From the NCBI GenBank assembly GCA_964016885.1, contig OZ024753.1, forward strand, positions 16,678,001-16,742,000: a stretch of 64,000 nt of DNA, in the 5' to 3' direction. The notes under the pieces are model-generated. The model was given only the letters and a program-made list of their open reading frames with translations. It had not been told where the DNA came from and ran no database searches. Positions within the stretch are counted from its first letter, which is position 1. The number at the start of each line of letters is the position of its first letter. This stretch comes from Eledone cirrhosa (lineage: Eukaryota). The translations under genes were made by a program, and so were the position numbers. Positions 40,687 to 55,098 of the stretch are shown here, in pieces.

Positions 40687-40750
40687 AATATATTATTTCC
40701 ATATAAGGACATACAGTGGTTACTTTGGATTTGTCCTAGATGTATCTATG
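40687..40750 (+). CDS. Candidate host-gene exon (IYYFHIRTYSGYFGFVLDVSM)
   Basis: Strong acceptor ttttgttttcAG; donor ATG|GTCAGA (alternative near 40771); frame not unique. Confidence 0.35.
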
Positions 40751-41066
40751 GTCAGATTTTGGTGGCTGATGGTACTATTTACTTATTTACATATATAATA
40801 TATACAAATATATTCAAATATATAAATATATATATGTAAAAAGGTTTTTTATATGTATCATCATCATCATCATCATCATCATCATTGTTTAATGTCTATC
40901 TTCCACGCTAGCATGGGTTAGACGGGAATTGTTCCACTTGAGGCAAGATTGATCGGGTGACCGTGTCTTACTCGCATAGGACTATCTGGCAGGTTTCCTA
41001 TGGCTGGATTACCTCCTAACACCAACCACATTTGCAGTGCGGACTGGGAGCCTTTTTACCTATAAT

Positions 41067-41255
41067 AATTGTTTCTACTTTTGGCCCAAGGCCAGCAATT
41101 ATCCCAGTGTATTACCGGTACTTTATCTTATTGACCCCATAAGGATGAAAGGCAAAGTTAACTTCGGTGGGATTTGAACACAGATCATAAAGGGCCGGAA
41201 CTCTATGCTGTAAAGAATGGCGTCTGGCCCTCTACCGATACTGCCAATCGACCAC
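41067..41255 (-). mobile_element. Meta-domain-like SINE
   Basis: Family match; flanked by tataataat on both sides (likely target site duplication). Confidence 0.8.
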
Positions 41256-41440
41256 TTTTATCTATAATAATGATTCAAATGAAATTAAAAATAAAGTATA
41301 AAAACCAAGCTATTAAAGATATATTATTGCTCTGTGTAATTAGGTAATTCATTAAAGAACCAAATATTTCAATATATTTCTTACATTAAAAGAATAAACT
41401 AAAAAAATTAGAAATTCATAAAGTCTACCATGAATTAAAC

Positions 41441-42023
41441 AGTAATAGTTGTGAGATTGCTAATTAAAACACTGGTCAAGTAGTTGTGAGATTGCTAATT
41501 AAAGCACTGGTCAAGTAGTTGTGAGATTGCTAATTAAAGCACTGGTCAAGTAGTTGTGAGATTGCTAATTAAAGCACTGGTCAAGTAGTTGTGAGATTGC
41601 TAATTAAAGCACTGGTCAAGTAGTTGTGAGATTAATTAAAGCACTGGTCAAGTAGTTGTGAGATTGATAATTAAAGCACTGGTCAACTAGTTGTGAGATT
41701 GCTAATTAAAGCACTGGTCAACTAGTTGTGAGATTGCTAATTAAAGCACTGGTCAAGTAGTTGTGAGATTGATAATTAAAGCACTGGTCAACTAGTTGTG
41801 AGATTGCTAATTAAAGCACTGGTCAAGTAGTTGTGAGATTGATAATTAAAGCACTGGTCAACTAGTTGTGAGATTGCTAATTAAAGCACTGGTCAAGTAA
41901 TTGTGAGATTGTTAATTAAAGCACTGGTCAAGAAGTTGTGAGATTGCTAATTAAAGTACTGGTCAAGTAGTTGTGAGATTGCAATTAAACTACTGGTCAA
42001 GTAGTTGTGAGATTGCTAATTAA
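41441..42023. repeat. 35-bp tandem array, about 16 units
   Basis: Unit agtagttgtgagattgctaattaaagcactggtca. Confidence 0.95.
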
Positions 42024-42316
42024 CCCTTTAATGTTCAAACCAGCCAAAACCGGCCAGAATTCTCTACCTTTTTCTGTTGAAACTGGCTGTAACTGGTCAC
42101 TCAAACTGATGTTAAGGTATTGTTCTCAAAATAAATACTTTCAAAATCTCATAGATTCGATATTATGTGAGATAATTATGTGAGGTAAAACCTTTACCAT
42201 GAAAATATAATAGTATATATAGGGTAATGTGAATGTTATGTGAGATAATTATGTGAGGTAAAGCATTTACCATGAAAATATAATAGTATATATAGGGTAA
42301 TGTGAATGTTAAAGGG
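42024..42316. mobile_element. TTAA piggyBac-like MITE inserted in the last 35-bp unit
   Basis: TTAA duplicated at 42020 and 42317; the unit resumes as agcactggtcaa. Confidence 0.85.
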
Positions 42317-42544
42317 TTAAAGCACTGGTCAAATGTTGAAGTCACTTCTGCTTCCTCTCCTCCTATCTCTTTCTCTCTCACTCTAGAAGAAATAAAATGT
42401 TGACTGTCATCAAACAATATTTCTAATGAAAAATTCAGTCTATGATTTTTATATAATTCTATATTCTCAGCACTTCAAAGTTGGTATCTGGGAAATATAT
42501 TAATACTATAAATTGTCAGAGAGGGATAAAGTCTATCATTATTA

Positions 42545-42985
42545 TCATCATCATCATCATCAACACCGTTTTATGTCCGTTCTTCCACGCTAGCATGGGT
42601 TAGATGGGTTGTCCTGTTGTGGGCAGTGTTTGGTTTGCTGACCATGTCTTGCTCATACAGGAATTGATTCTGGCTTGATTTCTACAGCTGGATGTCATTC
42701 CTAACACCAACCTCATTTACAGTGAGTGCTGGGTGCTTTTTTTTCCGTGGCACCTACACGTCCACTTTACAGTGTGGGCTGGGTGCTTTTTTGTTGTGAC
42801 ACCTCCATGACCACTTTGCAGTGGAATGATAGGGACCCCAGTCCTATCATCTCATTTCTACAGTTGAGTAAACTGGAGCAATGTGAAATAAAGTGTCTTG
42901 CTCAAGGAAACAACACATCACCCGATCCGAGAATTGAACTTACAACCTTTTGATTGAAAGCCCAATGCTCTAACCACTAAGCCAT
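42545..42985 (-). mobile_element. CORE-like SINE with RTE tail
   Basis: Family match. Confidence 0.85.
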
Positions 42986-43469
42986 TTAGTCCTAAAAATT
43001 GGGAAAAGAGGATAAGATTTTATTTATGATGGGATTATAGTTCCCCTTAGTAGAAACATTTTTTAACATTTGTGTGTGGCAGACAATCATTAGAATATGG
43101 ATTTTAAGGTTGGTGGGGGAAGGATGTTGAAGTGTTGCGTAAAGTCATTACAGCATCAGGTAGAGTCGTTAAGGTGTTGGACAAAAGGTAAGACCATCGA
43201 GCCTCTTCCTATCAACTCTGGGTAATTCATCTGGCTCCAGAATTGAAGGTATATTGACTTTGGCTAAACCCTGTTCTCGTATTATCTACTTCAGCAAGGT
43301 ATAGCAAGTGAAGGGATCTGCATTTAATCAACACAACAATCCTTGTAGACCCATAGAATCACTAAATACTGTACAACATTTACTACACTGTTATACAAAT
43401 CTCTTTTTATCGACCACTTTAGATTTTGTAATAATTTTTTTAATTTTAAATCAATCAAAAATATATATA

Positions 43470-43955
43470 AAAAAAACAATACAAATATTTTAAAATATAT
43501 ACATGGAAAAAAAAACAATATAAATATTAAAAAATATATACATGGAAAAAAAAACTATAAATATTTAAAAATATATACATGGAAAAAAAACAATATAAAT
43601 ATTTAAAAATATATACATGGAATAAAAAACAATATAAATATTTAAAAATATATACATGGAAAAAAAAACAATATAAATATTTAAAAATATATACATGGAA
43701 AAAAAAAACAATATAAATATTTTAAAATATATACATGGAAATAAAAAAACAATATAAATATTTAAAAATATATACATGGAAATAAAAAAAACTATAAATA
43801 TTTAAAACTATATACATAAAAAAAAAAAACAATATAAATATTTAAAAATCTTTACATACACAAAAAAGCAAAACAAAATATAAATATTTTAAAAGATTTA
43901 CACACAAAAAACAATTATAAATATTAAAATAAATATACACAAAAAAAAAAAAAAT
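43470..43955. repeat. A-rich minisatellite, about 38-bp unit (aatataaatatttaaaaatatatacatggaaaaaaaac)
   Basis: Tandem units. Confidence 0.9.
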
Positions 43956-44229
43956 TAATAGCATATGAGAAACAAGTGAAGCATGATGGGAAAAAATTGT
44001 TGCAGTTTAATTTTTTTTTCGTTTTTGTTTTTTTTCTATACATTTAGAGCTTATTTCTAACATTGGTCTTGTCTTCACATGTTGGTCGTATTAATCTTCT
44101 TACCAAGATTGGTGGCGTTTCGTTTGCTGATTCAATTAATTTCACTATTTACATTCCTGTCAATAAGGATAGAAAACTGTTCTGAAGTGCTTCAAAATTT
44201 TCTGAGGAACACCTATCTATAGTTTACAT

Positions 44230-45990
<1,761 letters not shown>

Positions 45991-46299
45991 ATGGAGAAGT
46001 ACCACAGACACCCTTTCATAGTGAGACAACTACAAGAGAAGCAACTACCTTGCTTAAGCTACTAGATCTAGCTTTCCTTGACCTGGAGAAGGTTTTACAC
46101 AGTTGACCAGAGTCTACCATCTGGTGATCTTTAAGAAAACTAGCAACGGCTTGTGGGAGCAATGCAAACCATGTACAACAGAAATATCAGTAAAGTGAGA
46201 CTAGGTAAAAAGTTTTCTGAGATATTTCAATTTGTTGGAAGGTGGTGTTTGTCAGAGCTCAGTCTTCAGCACACTTCTCTTCATTATAGTCCTCCAGGA

Positions 46300-47002
46300 C
46301 AGGGGCCTCGTTTGCCTTAAAATTGTGAAGGGGGACAAACCAACATTTGTTGATTCTTAAAGGAGCATGTTAGTAATACTTATGGTGCCTTTCCCGGACC
46401 CTATCACATAAGTAAAATTTTACGCTAATTAAATTTTATATATTCAAAGGAAGTTCAGATATAAAAAAATAAGCTTAACCCTTTAGTATTCACATTACTC
46501 TATATATACTATTATATTTTCATGGTAAAGGCTTTACCTCACATAATTATCTCACATAATATTGAATCTATGAGATTTCGAAAGTATTTATTTTGAGAAC
46601 AATACCTTAACATCAGTTTGAATGACCAGTTACAGCCAGTTTCAATAGAAAAAGGAAGAGAATTCTGGCCGGTTTGAACATTAACTCTTTAACATTCACA
46701 TTACTCTATATATACTATTATATTTACATGGGAAAGGCTTTACCTCGCATAATTATCTCACATAATATTGAATCTATGATATTTCGAAAGTATTTATTTT
46801 GAGAACAATACCTTAACATCAGTATGAGTGGCCAGTTTCAACAGAAAGAGGTAGAGAATTCTGGCCGGTTTTGGCTGGTTTAAACATTAAAGGGTTAAAA
46901 AGAATCTATTATATCAAATAAACAAAAACTAAAACATAGTCGTTTGAAAAAGTGGGGAGGACTTGTCCCCTGGTAACCCCCACCCCTGAAACAAGGCCCT
47001 TG
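46300..47002. mobile_element. hAT-like MITE inside the RTE remnant
   Basis: Terminal inverted repeats caggggcctcgttt / aaacaaggcccttg; 8-bp duplication ctccagga / ctccaggc; the RTE frame IIVLQ|AITE resumes. Confidence 0.8.
46479..46894. mobile_element. Tandem dimer of the TTAA piggyBac-like MITE
   Basis: TTAA at 46475, 46681 and 46895; two head-to-tail bodies. Confidence 0.8.
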
Positions 47003-47339
47003 CTCCAGGCCATAACAGAGGCATTTAATACTGACTGTCCATGGGAACTGTATGCTAATGATCTGGTTCTTATTGCAGAATCTGTGAAGAACTGGAGAAA
47101 AATTCCGGTTATGGAAACAGAACTTAGATTCAAAACGGTTTAGGGTAAACATGAGAGAAAAAAAATCAAATTTTAGTAAGTAAAAAGGAAGACAGAACCT
47201 GATCTCATCAAGGAAATTGCCTTGCTCAATAGGTAAAAACTCTATATGATGTAAATCTTGGGTTTACAAGATGTGTAGTGGGATAGCTGGCAGACTAACA
47301 GAAGAGCTGGGTATAAGAGGAATAAGATGTAGTGTAGAA

Positions 47340-49040
47340 CAGAGAAGATCACACTGGTACGGAGATGTGGTGTGTGTGGATGATGATTGTTGGGTAAAGG
47401 ACTGCTAGGAAACCACAGTGGAGAGAAGAATACACTGGTACGGAGATGTGGTGTGAGTGGATGATGATTGTTAGGTAAAGTACTGCCAGGAAACCACAGT
47501 GGAGAGAAGACTACACTGGTACGGAGATGTGGTGTGTGTGGATGATGATTGTTGGGTAAAGGACTGCCAGGAAACCACAGTGGAGAGAAGACTACACTGG
47601 TACGGAGATGTGGTGTGTGTGGATGATGATTGTTGGGTAAAGGACTGCCAGGAAACCACAGTGGAGAGAAGACTACACTGGTACGGAGATGTGGTGTGAG
47701 TGGATGATGATTGTTGGCTAAAGGACTGCCAGGAAACCACAGTGGAGAGAAGACTACACTGGTACGGAGATGTGGTGTGTGTGGATGATGATTGTTGGAT
47801 AAAGGACTGCCAGGAAACCACAGTGGAGAGAAGACTACACTGGTACGGAGATGTGGTGTGAGTGGATGATGATTGTTGGCTAAAGGACTGCCAGGAAACC
47901 ACAGTGGAGAGAAGACTACACTGGTACGGAGATGTGGTGTGTGTGGATGATGATTGTTGGCTAAAGGACTGCCAGGAAACCACAGTGGAGAGAATACTAC
48001 ACTGGTACGGAGATGTGGTGTGTGTGGATGATGATTGTTGGCTAAAGGACTGCCAGGAAACCACAGTGGAGAGAAGACTACACTGGTACGGAGATGTGGT
48101 GTGAGTGGATGATGATTGTTGGCTAAAGGACTGCCAGGAAACCACAGTGGAGAGAAGACTACACTGGTACGGAGATGTGGTGTGTGTGGATGATGATTGT
48201 TGGCTAAAGGACTGCCAGGAAACCACAGTGGAGAGAAGACTACACTGGTACGGAGATGTGGTGTGTGTGGATGATGATTGTTGGGTAAAGGACTGCCAGG
48301 AAACCACAGTGGAGAGAATACTACACTGGTACGGAGATGTGGTGTGAGTGGATGATGATTGTTGGGTAAAGGACTGCCAGGAAACCACAGTGGAGAGAAG
48401 ACTACACTGGTACGGAGATGTGGTGTGTGTGGATGATGATTGTTGGCTAAAGGACTGCCAGGAAACCAGTGGAGAGAAGACTACACTGGTACGGAGATGT
48501 GGTGTGTGTGGATGATGATTGTTGGGTAAAGGACTGCCAGGAAACCACAGTGGAGAGAATACTACACTGGTACGGAGATGTGGTGTGTGTGGATGATGAT
48601 TGTTGGCTAAAGGACTGCCAGGAAACCACAGTGGAGAGAAGACTACATTGGTACGGAGATGTGGTGTGTGTGGATGATGATTGTTGGCTAAAGGACTGCC
48701 AGGAAACCACAGTGGAGAGAAGACTACACTGGTACGGAGATGTGGTGTGTGTGGATGATGATTGTTGGGTAAAGGACTGCCAGGAAACCACAGTGGAGAG
48801 AAGACTACACTGGAACGGAGATGTGGTATGTGTGGATGATGATTGTTGGGTAACGGACTGCCAGGAAACCACAGTGGAGAGAAGACTACACTGGTATGGA
48901 GATGTGGTGTGTGTGGATGATGATTGTTGGGTAACGGACTGCCAGGAAACCACAGTGGAGAGAAGACTACACTGGTACGGAGATGTGGTGTGTGTGGATG
49001 ATGATTGTTGGGTAACGGACTGCCAGGAAACCACAGTGGA
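47340..49040. repeat. 81-bp tandem array (about 21 units) derived from RTE coding sequence
   Basis: Unit translates ERRLHWYGDVVCVDDDCWVKDCQETTV, homologous to ERRLRWYGHVMRMEEDRCVKMCQEMPV of the 21465 copy. Confidence 0.95.
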
Positions 49041-49192
49041 CGTTAGTAAAGGAATACTAAGGAAGACTGCACAGATAGGATGAGAGCAATAAATGGTGGG
49101 ATGTTGTACTGAAGAGGACTCATTGAATCTATGGAAAGCAGATGTAAGATGATGATGATGTTGATGATATACAGCTGTGCATGTGTGTGTAT

Positions 49193-49229
<37 letters not shown>

Positions 49230-49377
49230 CAGGTAAAATTCTCAAGATCCATGGACAAGTTCTCTCCAGCAGTCTCTGTACTCATCATCGCCACCATGTC
49301 CTGCTTCTCCAAGAGAACTGTGTCTGTCCTTAGGGCATCAACATATGTATGTATATGTATATATATATATATAATAC

Positions 49378-50020
49378 ACATCATCATCATCATTTTACGT
49401 CCGCTTTTCCCTGCTTGCAAGGGTGGGACGGGAACTGATTCTGACTTGATTTCTACAGCTGGATGCCCTTCCTAACACCAACCTCATTTACAGTGAGTGC
49501 TGGGTGCTTTTTAGCCGTGGCACCTCCACGACCACTTTGCAGTCCTACCATCTCATTTCTACAGCTAAGTAAACTGAAGCAATGTGAAATAAAGTGTCTT
49601 GCTCAAGGAAACAACACAATGCTCTAACCACTATGCCATGTGCCTCCGTATGTATGTATATGTATATATGTTTCTGCATTAGAAGTATCATCATCATCAT
49701 CATCATCATTGTTTAACGTCCATGTCCCACGCTTGCATGGGTTTGGACGGGAGTTTTCCCACTTGAGGCAAGAGTGGTTGTCTTGCTCGCATAGGACTGT
49801 CTGGCGGGTTTTCTACAGCTGGATGCCCTTCCTAACGCCAACCACATTTACAGTGTGGGTCTGGGAGGTTTTTACCGTGTTGCCTACACGGCCACATTAC
49901 AGCGTGGACTGTGTGTTTTTTTGTCGTGACACCTACACGATCTCATTTGTTTCGGCCTGGATGTTGTGGCACCAACATAACTTTACATTGAAAGGGGCGG
50001 TGTGGATGGGACGGGGGTGG
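49378..50020 (-). mobile_element. Internally deleted CORE-like SINE (49378-49648) and composite RTE derivative (49688-50020)
   Basis: Family matches to 17563 and 19720. Confidence 0.8.
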
Positions 50021-50661
50021 AATATATATATATCTGTGTGAGTATCTATAATAACTGTATATCTTATCTGAAAGATTATTTGTGGTGTTAAAATGTCTTG
50101 CTTTAAAGAACACCAGCATCATCACCAGCAGCAGTCGATGGTGGTGTGGTGTGGTGTGGTGGTGTTGTAGAGGTGTTAGGGTGTGGAAGTGGGGTGGTGT
50201 GGAGGTGATGTTGTGTGGAGGTGGAGTGGTGTTGTATGGTATGGAAGTGGTGTGGAGGTGTTGTAGATGTGTTGTATGGTATGGAAGTGGTGTGGTGTGG
50301 AGGTGATGTGGTGTGGTGTGGTGTGGTATGGTATGGAAATGGTGGTTGCGTGGTATGGTATGGCGGTGGGGTGGAGGAGGTGTGCAGTCAATGGTAGGGT
50401 GGTGTGGTGTGGAGGTGGAGAGAGACATTTTCAGAAGAATGATGTTGGAGGGGGGAGGGGAACAAATTTAAAAGAAAAAAATCAATTATAATAATAAAAA
50501 TCAAATCAAAAAATAAAGCAAGACAACAAAAGTTAATATAATGGAAAATATATTAAGCTTTATTAAGAAAGCAATCAGGTGGTGACTAAAAAAATAGTAT
50601 GTAGGTATGTTAGTATATGTATGTGTGTGTGTGTATATATATATATATATTATTATTATTA

Positions 50662-50845
50662 TTATTGGCAGTATCGGTAGAAGGTTGGGCGCCATGCATT
50701 GCAGCATAGAGTTATGGCCCTTTATGAGCTGAGTTCAAATCTCGTTGAGGTTAACTTTGCCTTTCATCCTTACCGGGTCGATAAAATAAGATACATGTAA
50801 TGCACTGGAATAATTGCTGGCCTTGTGCCAAAAGTAGAAACAATT
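50662..50845 (+). mobile_element. Meta-domain-like SINE
   Basis: Family match. Confidence 0.8.
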
Positions 50846-50953
50846 ATATTATTAAAGCCAAATAGTGAGTCTTGTTAGTCTGGAGTTTCACCTGTTTATC
50901 ACAGAGTCATTAGACAAGATATACATATATACATTATATATTTATACACATGT

Positions 50954-51230
50954 GGAGACACATGGCCTAGTGGTAAGGGTGTTGGACTTACGATCATAAT
51001 GTCGTGGGCTCGATTCGTGGATTGCTTGTTGTGTTCTTGAGCAAAACACTTTATTTCACATCGCTCCAGTATACTCAGCTGAAAATAAGTACCAGCAATA
51101 CCAGGGGGTTTAACCCTGCAATGGACTGGTGTCCTGTCCAGGGGGGAGTCTTGTACTCTCAGTAGCTTCACGCCATGAAACCAGGATAAGCACCGGCCAA
51201 ATGAGCCTTCTGGCTTAAGACAGACTTCAG
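50954..51230 (+). mobile_element. tRNA-headed CORE-like SINE with a different (non-RTE) tail
   Basis: ggagacacatggcctagtggtaaggg head, ttcttgagcaaaacact core, tail aaccctgcaatggactggtgtcctgtccagggg. Confidence 0.75.
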
Positions 51231-51379
51231 ACTTAGATACACACACACACACACGTGCGCATATATGTATTTATATATATATTGTTATATTTTGGGAGGG
51301 TCATGCTGCCAATAAAAACACATGCACTTGTTGGTTTTCACTTCAATTTATTATAAATTTCTGGTTGTTTAATTTAAAG

Positions 51380-52110
51380 AGCAGCCGCCGCATATCCTCT
51401 GCCCATGTCTTACTACCATGCAGCATCGCGCATCTCACACAGGCATCATACGCAGGGAGAAACAATTTTTTGTCAGCAGAGGAAGCAGCTCCCTAAACTT
51501 CTTCCAACCCATCCTTATTGTAGATACTATGGCCTTGGAAACCCCCCCCCACCCTCCTATGCTAATCTGACCACCTAGGTACCGGAAGCTATCAGCCGCT
51601 TCTATAGCACCCACCTGCATTTGAAAAATGTGTCTATCAATGCGACTTCTACTGTCTAATTTCCCTGTACATCTACTGCATACATATTTTTCCCTACCTG
51701 TTAGTTTGCCTGCTATCCAGCTACATCTCTTGTGTACCCAAGATCTGCATTGTGTACATTTTATAGAATTTATGCCAGTTCCTTTTCTGCATATCGAACA
51801 TGGCCATTTCCCTGATGGAATCAGAGTTTTGTCCTCTTTTCTACTCATCAACACTTTTGTCTTAGCTAGGTTCACTCTCAGTCCTCTTGCTTCCAACTGC
51901 TGCTTCCATAGCCAGAATTTATTCTCTAACTCCTCTACTGATTCTGCTATAAAAACCAGATTGTCAGCATAGAGTAGTTCCCTTAAACTCCTCTGTTATG
52001 GCTTGGAGGACTATAATGAACAAGAGTTGGCTAAGGACCGAACCCTGGTGTACTTCTACTTGTATATGGAATTCCTCACTAAACTCCATTTCTACCCTGA
52101 CTTTACTGAT
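51380..52110 (-). mobile_element. RTE LINE internal fragment
   Basis: LEARGLRVNLAKTKVL..WPCSICRKG..WKKFRELLPLL, highly similar to 22550-23330. Confidence 0.92.
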
Positions 52111-52188
52111 AGCATCTCTGAGATAGGTAAAATCATGAAATCAGTTGGCACCAAGGTCGGGAATTTACACATCTCTCTCTATCTCTGT

Positions 52189-52231
<43 letters not shown>

Positions 52232-52598
52232 CACACACAGACACATATAATGGGTCACCTTGAGCCAATCTTCTGCGAAACAAGCGTAACAGGTCGATAT
52301 GCAATACATATTTTTCATATGTAAATGAAACTGCCTCATTTTTTCTATTATATACTCTCTGCCTGTGCATAGAGTGGTTGATTTGGTACCAACACCAGTG
52401 GTTGTACTACCGATACTATATATATATATATATATATATGCATGTATATCTTTGTGTATATATATATATATATTGTTATACTTGGGGAGGGTCATATTGT
52501 TGTAGTAATATTGCCAGAAATAATAACACAACACACTCACTATTTGTTTTGAGACACAATTTCATATCAAAAACCTCGCAAAATAAATTCATCGCCGT

Positions 52599-52630
<32 letters not shown>

Positions 52631-52755
52631 CAATATATATATATATATATCAGTTCCTCAGTGAAACAACCCAACCAGGAAATGGGCATTTCAGAGTATT
52701 GACAAAGTTAAACAGCTCAACAACATGTGTACTCGTCTCTACCACACTAATTCAG

Positions 52756-52810
52756 ACTGCCTGAAGAGGTCACAGCCAAAGATGGCTGTCACCAAAATAT
52801 ATATAGCAGT
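52756..52810 (+). ncRNA. Hammerhead with G12 to A mutation (probably inactive)
   Basis: acugc CUGAAGA ggucacagcca-aaga-uggcugucacc AAAA uauauAUA gcagu; relative of 33364. Confidence 0.6.
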
Positions 52811-52851
52811 AATAAACGAAGCCAAATTTTAAACGTTTGACTTATTTATTT

Positions 52852-52907
<56 letters not shown>

Positions 52908-53102
52908 ATATATATACAATATATAGAGGGGAAAGACACAGAAGAGTGTGTGTTTTTTTTACAGGAATTTCGAACCGCCAGCGTGAAGAGAATATAAGCT
53001 AATAGAGGCATAGGAAAAACATTAAAATTAAAAGTATAAATTAATTACAGGATTATACGCGAGTCCTTTGGTACGTTATTTTACTATATATTTATATATA
53101 TA

Positions 53103-53321
53103 GTTTTAATATAGATGAGATTCTACAGGACTAGAACTGTTTCATTCTTTAGAAATCATCAGGAATCCCTGATGATTTCTAAAGTCGGGGATTCCTGATG
53201 ATTTCTAAAGAATGAAACAGTTCTAGTCCTGTAGAATCTCATCTATATTAAAACTTTTATACTCTGCTTTGTATTGAGTACCTTACTTACTGTGGTTACC
53301 TCCGATTCAACCCGGAATAAC

Positions 53322-53322
<1 letters not shown>
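53103..53322 (+). mobile_element. Palindromic element with back-to-back hammerheads and a tail
   Basis: gggauuc CUGAUGA u-uuc-uaaa-gaa-u GAAA cag-uucuaguc-cuG UA gaaucuc at 53188-53240; exact mirror 53117-53168; tail tactc..gagtac; relatives at 6480-6640 and 63140-63255. Confidence 0.78.
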
Positions 53323-53366
<44 letters not shown>

Positions 53367-54199
53367 CTACAGAGTAAAGCATGTCCAGAGAATTATTTGA
53401 TAATATATATACATCGTCTTTACTCCCAATCAGCATAATTAACCACACAAAAAATCAATTGGACCAGGCTATAAGAATAAAAGGCACCTATGACGAAACA
53501 GTAAATAAATACGCCACAGCAGCGTTCAACCGCTATAGAATATTTACCCAACATTTCAACAGCACGTGGAAATTAATTAAATATACGGTCAACCATACAT
53601 AATTAGGTAAAATTAAAGTTAGAAATGCTTATATACATACCAGGATTAAATCACTAAATCCCATATATATATATATACATATATATATAAAATGTCATGT
53701 GTGAAGCTCGAATTTTGGAGCTTACTAAGTGCTGAAGAAATAAATTTGTAAGAAGATGAAAAGAATCTCACTTCCATTGGCAGACCTTCACTTATGGTTT
53801 GCTTTGTAAACATTGGTTTCAGGTTCAGTCCCTCTGTACTGCTACTTGGTAACTTGTCTTCCTGTGTAGCCATGAGTTAACCAAGTCCTCAGTGAAATCC
53901 AATATGTGAGTACTTGAGCAGCCCGTTGTAATATATGAGTTGCATTCTGCAAGTTTTCACACTTTTTCAGGTGAGAGACATATATTCAAAGCTCAAATCT
54001 CTAATCTCCTTCAAAACAGGATCCTCACACTTTATAGTGCTCCAGCCGCATCATGAAGCCCCCGTGGTAGTCCCTTGCCCCTCATCCTCATGGGAGGGGC
54101 GGGGGTGGTGGGTTGATAAAATAAAGTACCAGTAATATACTGGACTTGATTTAATCGACTTCCTACTCTGCCAATAGTAGAAACCATTATTACTGTATG

Positions 54200-54388
54200 G
54201 TGGACTGGCAGTATCGGTCGGAGGTCAGACGCCATGCTGTGCAGCAAAGAGTTACAGCCCTTTATGATCTGAGTTCAAATCCCGCCGAGGTTAACTTTGC
54301 CTTTCATTGTTATGGGATCGATAAAATAAAGTACCAGTAATACACTGGGTTTTTGCTGGCCTTGTGCCAAAAGTAGAAACAATTATTA
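54200..54388 (+). mobile_element. Meta-domain-like SINE
   Basis: Family match; attattactgtat on both sides. Confidence 0.8.
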
Positions 54389-55098
54389 CTGTATAACAAT
54401 TTGGGAGAGGAGGAATATTTTTTCATATTTAATTGCTTTAGTCTTTTATTTCTAGGATAAAATTACATAAAAATAATAATTTAATATTTAGTCAAAGAAA
54501 GAAAAAGAAAGTAGTATTGGAAAGTACTATAAATGCTATAAATGAGAGGAAAGGGTGAGGATTATGAGGCAATAAAAGAAAGGGAAGAGGGCGACAGACT
54601 TTCTCCCCTCCACCCTTGCCTCCCCCTCTCTCCATCTCTCTTTATCTCTTAATCTTTCTCTCCATCTCTCTCTCCCCTTGTCTCTTACTACCCCCTTACT
54701 CACTTCACCCCTCTCTCTTACTACCCCCTTACTCACTTCACCCCTCTCTCTTACTACTCCCTTACTCACTTCACCCCTCTCTCTTCTCCCCTTCTCTGCC
54801 TACTTTCTCTCACCATCTCTCTCTCTCACCCCTCTCACTGTCTCTCCCCCACCCCACCCCTCTCACTGTCTCTCTCTCACTGTCTCTCCTCTTACCTCTC
54901 TCTCTCTAATGATTTAATAAATAATAAATGAATTTGTTCAACTAGTTTTAATCCTATCTTTACTATCACCATAGTGGACTAAAGTATAAACTTTAATGGG
55001 GTCATAGCAGTGTTTGTGTTGTGCGAGAGTACGACACCCCCTGGCGAGAATGGGCTGGACCACTACATATAGATAGTAGCGGCCTGAGTAAGTGGCCA

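Larger units (their letters stand above)
45992..49165 (+). mobile_element. Old degenerate RTE LINE with nested insertions and an 81-bp array
   Basis: [39 protein letters not shown] remnants; tail aagcagatgtaag(atg)n. Confidence 0.8.

Noticed and set aside
41441-42023. 35-bp repeat as a CRISPR direct repeat
   Set aside because: No spacers; a plain tandem minisatellite
44050-44220. Exon-like unique segment on either strand
   Set aside because: Frames after the best acceptors hit stops or lack donors; unsupported
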